Origin: Patescibacteria group bacterium
GTDB taxonomy: Bacteria; Patescibacteriota; Minisyncoccia; Ryanbacterales; GWA2-47-10b
Assembly: GCA_038065475.1 (NCBI GenBank)
Contig: JBBTQY010000008.1
Coordinates: 6,562-70,561 of the forward strand
Length of the DNA: 64,000 nucleotides
Direction: 5' to 3'
In this document: one piece after another, positions 56,021-64,000 of the stretch
How the letters are laid out: each line of letters starts with the position of its first letter
Numbering within the stretch: the stretch's first letter is position 1
Made by a program: the position numbers and the translations under genes
The notes under the pieces: model-generated
The model's input: only the letters and a program-made list of their open reading frames with translations
What the model was told of the DNA's origin: nothing
Database searches by the model: none

Positions 56021-56478
56021 GAATACTCGGCATCGACCCGGGCATTGAGCGGGTTGGGTGGGGTGTCGTCGATACCGTGGGTGCAGTATCGACATATTAC
56101 GGTTGCGGTCGCATCACCACGCCGCGTACCCTCACACACCAAGAACGCCTTGAAATGGTCGCGCGCGAGCTTAGCGAATTAATAGAAAAGACTAGTCCCG
56201 AGTGTGCGGTGGTTGAGCGTCTTTTCTTCGCTAAAAATAAAAAGACAGCACTTGCGGTTGCAGAAGCTCGTGGAGCTATTATGCTCACCCTATCGAAAGC
56301 TTCTTTGCCAACTCGCGAGTTTACCCCTATGGAAGTTAAAATGGCGGTCACTGGTAATGGTCGCGCAGAGAAAAAACAAGTGGCTTGGATGGTGCGTAAT
56401 ATCTTAAAGGTACCCGTCGAGATAACCTCGGACGATGCTCTCGACGCCCTCGCCCTCTGCCTCATGATAACCAAATAA
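56017..56478 (+). CDS. ruvC: crossover junction endodeoxyribonuclease RuvC
   Basis: MRILGIDPGIERVGWGV (catalytic Asp), RNase H-like fold, C-terminal DDALDALALC. Confidence 0.9.
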   Translation: MRILGIDPGIERVGWGVVDTVGAVSTYYGCGRITTPRTLTHQERLEMVARELSELIEKTSPECAVVERLFFAKNKKTALAVAEARGAIMLTLSKASLPTREFTPMEVKMAVTGNGRAEKKQVAWMVRNILKVPVEITSDDALDALALCLMITK

Positions 56479-56499
56479 GGTTATCCACAGAGCTTCATA

Positions 56500-56721
56500 T
56501 TGCCCTTTTCCCCCGCTCTCGGTATGTTCTTGGTATTAGATATTTATAAGGTCGTAGATACTAGCAATAAACCAATACTTTTTGAGAAAATGACACTCTA
56601 CACACAACCTTGGGCTTCAGACGAAGAAGACGAGTTTACCGACGAGGATGAGCTTGCCGACGAAGACCTGAGCGAAGATGAGGATGAAGATGACGACACC
56701 TTTAACGAAGAGGGAATGTAA
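56500..56721 (+). CDS. hypothetical acidic small protein
   Basis: C-terminal poly-acidic tail DEEDEFTDEDELADEDLSEDEDEDDD. Confidence 0.3.
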   Translation: MPFSPALGMFLVLDIYKVVDTSNKPILFEKMTLYTQPWASDEEDEFTDEDELADEDLSEDEDEDDDTFNEEGM

Positions 56722-56792
56722 TATACAAAATACCCCAGCATGCGCAGGGGTATTTTCTTGAAAAAAAGCTCAATCTTTGGTATAAAAAGTGT

Positions 56793-59267
56793 GTGATTTT
56801 TCGCTCATTGCGGAAGAGGCGCAAGCATAATCTACTCCTCTGGATTCTCGCCGTCGTGACTGCCGGCGTGTTTCTTTTTCTTATCGCAGGAATTTTACTC
56901 TTTGCCTTTATCAAGCTGCCAACTTTAGAAGATTTTCGTGAGCGTAAAGTAGCTGAATCAACTAAAATCTACGATCGAACTGGAAAGATACTGCTTTGGG
57001 AAGTACATGGGGAAGAACGTCGTACGGTGGTGCCGTTTGAAAATATTTCACGCAATGTAAAAAATGCCACTATCGCAATCGAGGATTCAAATTTTTATTC
57101 CCATCATGGCATTAGTCCGATCTCACTCTTTCGCGTAATTTTTATCAATATCTTTCAGGGAAAACAGGTGGGAAGTGGTGGATCCACCATCACCCAACAG
57201 TTGGTAAAAAATACTCTTCTAACGAGCGAGCAAACTCTGATCCGTAAGGCAAAAGAGATTATTATCGCCATCAAACTCGAATCCGCCTACGGTAAAGATG
57301 ATATTCTCAATCTCTATCTCAACGAAATACCTTATGGATCAAATATCTACGGGGTAGAATCAGCAGCTCAAAACTTTTTTGGTGTATCAGCCTCAGATAT
57401 ATCGCTCGCCCAAGCAGCATATATTGCGGCAATTCCCAAAGCACCGACTCGCTATTCACCCTATGGCAACAACCGTAAAGATCTAGAGGCACGTAAAAAC
57501 CTTGTACTTGAGCGTATGCGTACCCTCCAGTATATTTCGACAGAAGAATACGAAGAAGCGAAAAAAGAGAAAGTAGTTTTTCTTCCTCATAGGCGCCAGG
57601 GGCTTTTAGCACCACACTTCGTCATGTATGTCCGCGAAATACTCAATGAAAAATATGGAGAAGAAGTTGTCGAACAGGGCGGACTCGAAGTCATCACCAC
57701 ACTTGATGCAAATCTGCAGGCAAAGGCAGAGGAAATTATAGCGCGCCGCGCGCCTGATATGCAGAAAAATTTCAATGCTTCAAATATCGCATTAACCGCA
57801 CTCGATCCCAAAACGGGTCATATCTTGGCCATGATTGGGTCGCGCGATTATTTTGATATAAATAACGACGGCAATTTCAATGTAGCACTCGCACATCGCC
57901 AGCCTGGCTCAGCATTCAAACCGCTTGTGTATGCGACGGCATTTAAAAAAGGATACACACCCGAAACGGTCGTCTTTGATCTTGAGACAAACTTTGCGGC
58001 AGGTGGAGATCCTTATATACCGCAGAACTATGACGATAAGTTTCGTGGACCTATCACTTTACGTGAGGCACTCGCGCAATCTCTCAACATCCCTGCAGTA
58101 AAGACTCTTTATCTAGCTGGTATTGATGATTCTATTAATACTGCGCGTGACTTTGGTATGACTACTCTTACAAATAAAAGTCGCTACGGTCTCACACTCG
58201 TACTTGGTGGAGGTGAAGTATCTCTTCTCGAGCTTACTTCGGCGTATGGCGTATTTGCTAATCAAGGTATTAAAGCAAATCATCATCCTATCATTCAGGT
58301 AAAAGATAAAGACGGCTCTATCTTGGAAGAAGAAACAGTACGTCCCGAACCAGTTATCGATACTAATATCGCCAACATGATATCAAGTATTCTTTCTGAC
58401 AATACTGCTCGTACACCAGCATTTGGTGCGCGCTCTCCTCTTTATTTTGATGGAATATCGGTTGCTGTAAAAACTGGTACCACCAACGATTATCGCGATG
58501 TTTGGACAGTTGGTTATAACCCAAATATTGTTGTTGGTACGTGGGCGGGGAATAACGATAATTCCTCAATGACCAAAAATGTGGCTGGATTTATTATCGC
58601 CCCCTTGTGGCGTGAATTTATGGACGCGGCGCTCGAGCAGGTGGAGAAAACTCCCTTTACCCCACCTCAACCGACGGGCGTAAAAAAACCCGTATTGCGA
58701 GGAATCTGGAAAGGTTCTCGCTCTTATGAGATTGATAAAATATCGGGAAATCTTGCCACCCCCTTTACTCCTGCTGATCAACGTGAAGAGCGGGTAACTC
58801 AAGAAGTTCACTCAATTCTTTACTGGGTACAAAAAGACAATCCTGATGGCCCCATACCAACTAATCCTGTAAATGACCCTCAATTCTCGCTCTGGGAAGG
58901 TCCTGTACGTTTATGGGCGGAACGAAATGGATATAGAGATGGAGATATATCGGGTAAACCTACAGATTATGATTCATCTCATTCCCCTGAAAATTGGCCT
59001 GTGATTACCTTTCCTAAAGGCGAGGAGCAAAAAACATTTGACTATGGAGATGAACTGATATTCCATCCAACCATCACCGGACGCTACGCAATTGTCGATA
59101 TTGAAATATTTGTCGATGGTGAATTTGTAAGATCGGAAAAAGGTACTCTCTCGAATATTGAAATAGGAGATTATGAAACCGGATCGCACACTTTAAAACT
59201 TAAAGTATATGATGTCATCGGTAATAGGCAAGAACGCGAGATTACTTTTACTGTCGCGGCCCCTTAA
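56793..59267 (+). CDS. penicillin-binding protein 1A (bifunctional transglycosylase/transpeptidase) with C-terminal extension
   Basis: GT51 motifs (EDSNFYSHHG, GGSTITQQLVKN); TPase SxxK/SxN/KTG (SAFKP, SLN, KTGTT); N-terminal TM. Confidence 0.9.
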   Translation: MIFRSLRKRRKHNLLLWILAVVTAGVFLFLIAGILLFAFIKLPTLEDFRERKVAESTKIYDRTGKILLWEVHGEERRTVVPFENISRNVKNATIAIEDSNFYSHHGISPISLFRVIFINIFQGKQVGSGGSTITQQLVKNTLLTSEQTLIRKAKEIIIAIKLESAYGKDDILNLYLNEIPYGSNIYGVESAAQNFFGVSASDISLAQAAYIAAIPKAPTRYSPYGNNRKDLEARKNLVLERMRTLQYISTEEYEEAKKEKVVFLPHRRQGLLAPHFVMYVREILNEKYGEEVVEQGGLEVITTLDANLQAKAEEIIARRAPDMQKNFNASNIALTALDPKTGHILAMIGSRDYFDINNDGNFNVALAHRQPGSAFKPLVYATAFKKGYTPETVVFDLETNFAAGGDPYIPQNYDDKFRGPITLREALAQSLNIPAVKTLYLAGIDDSINTARDFGMTTLTNKSRYGLTLVLGGGEVSLLELTSAYGVFANQGIKANHHPIIQVKDKDGSILEEETVRPEPVIDTNIANMISSILSDNTARTPAFGARSPLYFDGISVAVKTGTTNDYRDVWTVGYNPNIVVGTWAGNNDNSSMTKNVAGFIIAPLWREFMDAALEQVEKTPFTPPQPTGVKKPVLRGIWKGSRSYEIDKISGNLATPFTPADQREERVTQEVHSILYWVQKDNPDGPIPTNPVNDPQFSLWEGPVRLWAERNGYRDGDISGKPTDYDSSHSPENWPVITFPKGEEQKTFDYGDELIFHPTITGRYAIVDIEIFVDGEFVRSEKGTLSNIEIGDYETGSHTLKLKVYDVIGNRQEREITFTVAAP

Positions 59268-59547
59268 ACGCAACATTTTCTACACCTCCCTGTGGCACGC
59301 TTTCTCGAAGTTTTTCGAGAATATGATTTTGACGCTGATGGATGTAATGCTTAAGAATTGCAGACGCTGTATAGATTAAAACAGTCCCATCTCGATATTC
59401 AACCTGGTACTGTCCCTCATATCCCACCAGTATAGTCTGGAGAGCTCCCATAACGGTCTCGCTTGATCGCTTTCGTGCAAGCTCGTGGGATTTATCAATC
59501 CGTGCAAACGCGTCCGGGAGAAGGACGAATATGCGGTTAAAACTCAT
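59248..59547 (-). CDS. DUF721-like protein
   Basis: 99 aa ORF immediately downstream of dnaN, the typical position of DUF721 (DciA-like) genes. Confidence 0.5.
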   Translation of the reverse strand: MSFNRIFVLLPDAFARIDKSHELARKRSSETVMGALQTILVGYEGQYQVEYRDGTVLIYTASAILKHYIHQRQNHILEKLRESVPQGGVENVAFKGPRQ

Positions 59548-60659
59548 ACATTACCCTTCATGGGCATAACAATATACATCGATCCTTCGCGTCCTGTGGG
59601 CTTAATAAGTAATGGCTGTGATTCGGAGTTAAAACCAAAAAATAATTTCTCTTCTGCATATGACTCCACACCTTGAAGAAGATATTGAAAATTAAAAACG
59701 ATAGAGACATCTTCTCCATCGAACTCACCCTTCGTAACACCTTTATAGGTACCTTGATTGTTTTTACTCTCAATAGTTATAGATTTATCTTTTACATTAA
59801 GAGAAAAGGATACGCTATTGAGTTTATTGGCAAAAATACTTGCACGGCGTAGTTGACTCACTATCTCTTGTCTCGTAGCTACCCCATGAGTTTTAAAGTT
59901 TTTGGGTATAATCTGTTGATAATCTGGGAAATTCCCCTCAGTAAGTCGTGAATAAAGTGTAATATCTCCAAATTGAAAGGTTCCCTCACCCTTACTGATA
60001 AGAAACTCTACCGTATCTTCACTACTCTGATCGGCAAGTCGAATTATCTCTTCAAATGTGCGAGCCGGGAGTAGAAAGGTTTCTTTTGGATTTTTTATTG
60101 ATACTGAGGCAAGTTTTAAGCGTTCTTCACTGAGGCGAAAACTATCAGTTGATGCGATAAGGAAGGTTTCTTTCTCTAAAATCCCCAATACACTAGCGAG
60201 CTCTGGTTTGATGGCACTTTTTGATACTGATATTAAAACTCTGGGGAAAAACTGTGTAATATCTTTCTTGTATATTTTAGCTTTATAAAGCTCCTTTACT
60301 ACCGGAAATGGAGGGAAGTCTTCTTGAGGATATCCTTTTATGGTTGTTTCCTGCCCTTGAACCGTAAGACTTATGTCGGCGCCATCGCTCTCAAGAGTTA
60401 TTTTTTCATCTTTAGAAAGAGTTGATATATAAGAAAGAAGTTGTTTTGCAGGTATTACTACACCACCCTGCTCATTTACTGTGCACCTTACTAAGGTTTG
60501 AATACCAATCTCAAGATTAGTACCCATAACTCTCAATGATCCACCTTCGGTAGTTATAGAAAAAGATCCAAGTATCGGGAGAGTAATATCTTTACTTGTG
60601 GCGCGCTCAACAATGCTTAATGCTTTTTTAAAATTGTCAGCGATAATTATACACTTCAT
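59544..60659 (-). CDS. dnaN: DNA polymerase III beta sliding clamp
   Basis: Three-domain clamp length (371 aa), MKCIIIADNFKKAL.. start, downstream of dnaA. Confidence 0.9.
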   Translation of the reverse strand: MKCIIIADNFKKALSIVERATSKDITLPILGSFSITTEGGSLRVMGTNLEIGIQTLVRCTVNEQGGVVIPAKQLLSYISTLSKDEKITLESDGADISLTVQGQETTIKGYPQEDFPPFPVVKELYKAKIYKKDITQFFPRVLISVSKSAIKPELASVLGILEKETFLIASTDSFRLSEERLKLASVSIKNPKETFLLPARTFEEIIRLADQSSEDTVEFLISKGEGTFQFGDITLYSRLTEGNFPDYQQIIPKNFKTHGVATRQEIVSQLRRASIFANKLNSVSFSLNVKDKSITIESKNNQGTYKGVTKGEFDGEDVSIVFNFQYLLQGVESYAEEKLFFGFNSESQPLLIKPTGREGSMYIVMPMKGNV

Positions 60660-60844
60660 ACCAGGTTCGATAATAGATTAGTTAATATATTTTTATCTTT
60701 TAGTAGTAGTTATTGTGTGCGGGATAACGTGTATAAATTATTTTTTCTTTACAGAATAAGGAGAATGATATTTTTACTACGTGCCAAATGTTTTTATAGG
60801 TTGTGGATAGTAGTTGGATAGAATTTATTTATAAAAATATTTTT
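60660..60844. promoter_or_regulatory. putative oriC: AT-rich dnaA-dnaN intergenic region with DnaA boxes
   Basis: tgtggatag (=CTATCCACA) at about 60802 and gttggatag at about 60814; ttatcc within gggataacg; AT-rich tracts. Confidence 0.5.
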
Positions 60845-62215
60845 TTAGCTTTCATACATTTTTCCCCTGATTTGTTTTATTTCTTCCACAAGTTTTGAGT
60901 CTTTTTTTAACTCACCAGAAATTTTTTCATATGCATGAAGTGCTGTCGTATGATCTCGTCCACCAAGCTTCTGACCGATAAATGGATATGATCCATGAAA
61001 GTCTTCACGGAGAAGATACATGGCAATTTGCCTGGGTCTTACTACTTCGCGTCTACGGGATCGTTCAAAAAGCCCACCCTCTCCAAGGTCATAATATTGT
61101 GCTACAGCGTTGATTATCTGAGAAGGTGTCGCAACACGTTTTGCAGTCCTTGTGAGCTGCTCAAGCGCTATTTTTGCTTCCTCGAGGGTTAAAGGACGTT
61201 CCTTGAGTTTAGATTTTGCGAGGATGATATTAAGGGCGCCTTCAAGTTCGCGAATATTTTTTTGAATAGTAAATGCGATATACTCAAGTACTTCATCTGC
61301 TACCACAGGCTCTTTAGCTCCCTGCTTGAGCTTTAAGATAGCAAGGCGCGCCTCATACTCAGGTTCACTAATATCAGACGTAAGTCCAGCTTCAAAACGC
61401 GAGCGCAAGCGCTCTTCAAGATTTTGAATAGCCTGAGGAGGCTTGTCTGATGAGAAGATGATTTGTTTACCGCGTTCGTAAAGTGAATTAAAGGTATGAA
61501 AGAATTCTTCTTCACTTTTTGCCTTCCCTGCAATAAATTGAACGTCATCAATAATGAGAAGATCGACGTTTCGATACTTTTCTTTGAAGTTATGGAGTGG
61601 TTCGCGGTTTTGGATAATAGAAATAAGCTCGTTTACAAACCGTTCCGAGGTAAGATAGAGCACTTTAAAATCCGGATGGTCTTTTTTAACCTGATTGCCT
61701 ATCGCATGGAGAAGATGTGTTTTCCCGAGACCCACTCCCCCATAGACAAAGAATGGGTTATAGAGTGTACCGAGGTTTTTAGTTATAGAAAGGCCTGCTG
61801 CGTGGGCAAACTCATTAAAAGTACCAATAACAAATGATTCAAAAGTGTATCGTGGGTTGAGATTTGTGTCTCTATCAACAGAAAATTCTTTAAATTCAAG
61901 CTGTTCATCGAGCATCTCTACAGGTTCAGGGCGTTTTTTTGTCTGGGGTTGAAGGGGTGTATCGGCAGATGAGACGACGTAGCTTGCATTTCTAATCTCC
62001 GGCATTGTGGACCTCAGAGATTTGATGATATTTTTATGAAACTTCTTTTCTAACCATTCTTTTGCGAACGCATTAGGGACTGCGATAGTCGCGATACCGT
62101 CTTCAATGCCATGAATCGAGGTATGCTTGAACCAAGTGGCAAAATTAGCACGGGAAACTTCAAACTCGATCTGTCCGAGTACTGATTGCCACAATTCTTC
62201 TTGATTCATATACAT
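60845..62215 (-). CDS. dnaA: chromosomal replication initiator protein DnaA
   Basis: AAA+ Walker A GGVGLGKTHLLHAIG, Walker B LLIIDDVQF, C-terminal DNA-binding domain (HTTALHAYEKI). Confidence 0.95.
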   Translation of the reverse strand: MYMNQEELWQSVLGQIEFEVSRANFATWFKHTSIHGIEDGIATIAVPNAFAKEWLEKKFHKNIIKSLRSTMPEIRNASYVVSSADTPLQPQTKKRPEPVEMLDEQLEFKEFSVDRDTNLNPRYTFESFVIGTFNEFAHAAGLSITKNLGTLYNPFFVYGGVGLGKTHLLHAIGNQVKKDHPDFKVLYLTSERFVNELISIIQNREPLHNFKEKYRNVDLLIIDDVQFIAGKAKSEEEFFHTFNSLYERGKQIIFSSDKPPQAIQNLEERLRSRFEAGLTSDISEPEYEARLAILKLKQGAKEPVVADEVLEYIAFTIQKNIRELEGALNIILAKSKLKERPLTLEEAKIALEQLTRTAKRVATPSQIINAVAQYYDLGEGGLFERSRRREVVRPRQIAMYLLREDFHGSYPFIGQKLGGRDHTTALHAYEKISGELKKDSKLVEEIKQIRGKMYES

Positions 62216-62342
62216 AAACTATATGGAGACGTAATTTATTTTCCAATATTGTAAAAAGAAAGCCAATATGTTCTAATTGTTTATAACATGTGCATGAGCT
62301 GTGTATTAGAAATTTTTGCTCACCACATCATATAATAATCAT

Positions 62343-62477
62343 ATGTCTACCACCTATCAGCCAAAAAAACGAAAACGAGGGCGAACTCACGGTTTTTTAA
62401 AGCGTAAGCGCACAAAAGCAGGACGCAACGTGGTCGCGCGTCGACGTCAAAAGGGGCGTAAACGCCTCACCGTCTAG
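62343..62477 (+). CDS. rpmH: 50S ribosomal protein L34
   Basis: [44 protein letters not shown]; absent from the track (44 aa). Confidence 0.9.
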   Translation: MSTTYQPKKRKRGRTHGFLKRKRTKAGRNVVARRRQKGRKRLTV

Positions 62478-62485
62478 GTACTTTT

Positions 62486-62815
62486 ATGCTTCGGCGGCAC
62501 GAACGCCTTCGTTCGGGTCGAGACATTGAGGCTGTCTTAAAGAAGGGGCGCAGGTACAATGACCCCTCCCTCCTTATCTGGGTGATGAAAAAACCTCAAG
62601 GATCCTTTCGAGCGGCCGTTCTCTGCTCAAAAAAAATAGATAAGCGCTCTGTGGGCCGCAATGCTATCAAGCGCAGAATACGCGAGGCGGTTCGCCAGGT
62701 CTTAAAACCGCATTTCCCCACTGGAGACATTGTTATTAGTGCAAAGGTAGGCGCTAAAGGGCTTAAACCCGCTCAATTTAAGAATATCTTCCAAAATGTC
62801 TTTCATATTTCATAA
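62486..62815 (+). CDS. rnpA: ribonuclease P protein component
   Basis: Follows rpmH; RNR-like basic motif (KRRIREAVRQ); 109 aa. Confidence 0.85.
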   Translation: MLRRHERLRSGRDIEAVLKKGRRYNDPSLLIWVMKKPQGSFRAAVLCSKKIDKRSVGRNAIKRRIREAVRQVLKPHFPTGDIVISAKVGAKGLKPAQFKNIFQNVFHIS

Positions 62816-63509
62816 TTTTTTCTATCAGCCCCTCCTCAATGTTCTTGGGGTGATTATCATGATAGCGCCTGGGCATAACCTGGGGATAGCAGTCATTATT
62901 CTCACACTTCTCGTTAACCTACTACTACTCCCTCTTTCTATTAAGATGCGTCGTTCTCAGCGAGCGATGCAGGAAATCCAGCCTGAGATTGAGAAGATAC
63001 GTCAGCAGGTGAAAGATAAAAATGATCAGGCGCGCCGTACTATGGAGTTGTATCGGGAAAAAGGTATCAACCCCTTTTCCGGGTTTCTCTTTATTTTGCT
63101 ACAAATACCTCTCTTTTTTGCTCTCTTCCGAGTACTTAAAAACCTCGATAATCTTACCCACGATGCATATGATTTCCTTCCCCTCTTCCCACCCTTTAAT
63201 CCTATTTTCCTCGGAGTAATTGATTTAACCCATCCTCATTTGGCGCTCGCGCTCTCAGCCGGGATATTTCAGCTTATACAGGGTATTTTTACTCTTTCAA
63301 TACAGAAGAAAAACAAACAACCTACAAGCGATTTTGCCTCTGCTCTGCAAAAACAAATGGTTTTTACCATGCCGCTTTTTATTGTCATCATCAGCATGCA
63401 GTTGCCATCCGCCCTCGCTCTTTATTGGACGACTCTGAGCCTCTTTGCTATAGTGCACGAAGGATTTGGGAGGCTCTATGGAAGAAACTCAAGTCACAAC
63501 AACAAATAG
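62796..63509 (+). CDS. yidC: membrane protein insertase YidC (short form)
   Basis: Conserved TM2 region LPLSIKMRRSQRAMQEIQPEIEKIRQ; five TM; position after rnpA. Confidence 0.85.
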   Translation: MSFIFHNFFYQPLLNVLGVIIMIAPGHNLGIAVIILTLLVNLLLLPLSIKMRRSQRAMQEIQPEIEKIRQQVKDKNDQARRTMELYREKGINPFSGFLFILLQIPLFFALFRVLKNLDNLTHDAYDFLPLFPPFNPIFLGVIDLTHPHLALALSAGIFQLIQGIFTLSIQKKNKQPTSDFASALQKQMVFTMPLFIVIISMQLPSALALYWTTLSLFAIVHEGFGRLYGRNSSHNNK

Positions 63510-63951
63510 TAAGGCAATCGAGTGCGCCCGCGAGTTTTTAGTCGCGATGAATGTCGATGCTCGCGTGGAGGAAGGCGTGATCGGTGACTCAGTAGCACTC
63601 CTCATTCGTACCGATGACGCGAGCCTTTTGATCGGTGAAAATGGGGCGAATCTACAAGCCCTTAACTATATTCTGCGCCGGGTTATTGAGCGCAAGACAG
63701 GAACTCCCGAGGCGCAGCTCATGATAGACGTTAACGACTATCAGCGCCGACGGTTTGATGATCTTCGCGATAAGGCGCGTATGGGGGCACAGCGCGTACG
63801 ATATTTCAAAAAAGAGGTAACACTTGAGCCTATGACCGCCTTTGAGCGTAGAATCGTGCATATGGCCCTTCAGGAATATCCTGATATTGCCACCACGTCA
63901 GTCGGAGAGGGGCCTACACGACGAGTTATGATTAAGCTCCTCGCTATCTAG
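63466..63951 (+). CDS. jag: Jag/KhpB RNA-binding protein (KH + R3H domains)
   Basis: KH-like region then R3H motif (FERRIVHMALQEYPDIATTSVGEGPTRRVMI); position after yidC. Confidence 0.8.
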   Translation: MGGSMEETQVTTTNSKAIECAREFLVAMNVDARVEEGVIGDSVALLIRTDDASLLIGENGANLQALNYILRRVIERKTGTPEAQLMIDVNDYQRRRFDDLRDKARMGAQRVRYFKKEVTLEPMTAFERRIVHMALQEYPDIATTSVGEGPTRRVMIKLLAI

Positions 63952-64000
63952 TTTCCAGGGATAGCCGCCTGACTGATACGAAGACTCCAGAGTAAGGAGT

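Overview
This window looks like a mostly syntenic chromosomal segment of a small-genome bacterium with moderate GC, short housekeeping genes and few regulators; a Patescibacteria/CPR-like origin is inferred, not shown. The right end carries the classic origin neighbourhood on both strands (rpmH-rnpA-yidC-jag, and dnaA-oriC-dnaN) plus a PBP1A, ruvC, yebC, ruvB and pilB/gspE. The centre carries polA, tsaE, a two-component pair, holA, rpsT, uvrB, ruvA, murE-like, valS, tsaD, uppS, a ClpA/B-like ATPase, a HinT-like HIT protein, an RluA-family synthase, rplS and nine tRNA genes. The left end has nth, a glutaredoxin, a VIT transporter, HtrA, a MacAB-like ABC efflux module and an ECF sigma/anti-sigma pair. 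Three things stand out. First, a roughly 7.5 kb array (13.5 to 20.9 kb) of about 13 degenerate repeats that look derived from the 3' end and downstream flank of the adjacent tRNA-His gene. Each repeat separates a single small gene (HIT, GNAT, NUDIX, alpha/beta hydrolase, 2H phosphoesterase, isoprenylcysteine carboxyl methyltransferase (ICMT)-like methyltransferase, others) in either orientation. This is integron-like or serial-integration-like, with no recombinase in the window, and a free-standing LAGLIDADG homing endonuclease and duplicated tRNA 5' fragments sit next to it. Second, a canonical type III hammerhead ribozyme motif on the minus strand (38631..38689) lies in the 3' region of two small GC-rich membrane-protein genes, just before a terminator. 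Third, at least eight GC-rich small ORFs with strong Shine-Dalgarno sites are scattered through an otherwise lower-GC sequence, several of them beside tRNAs. Several intergenic regions carry long-range pairing that suggests unidentified structured RNAs. Coordinates I derived by hand may be off by 1 to 2 nt.
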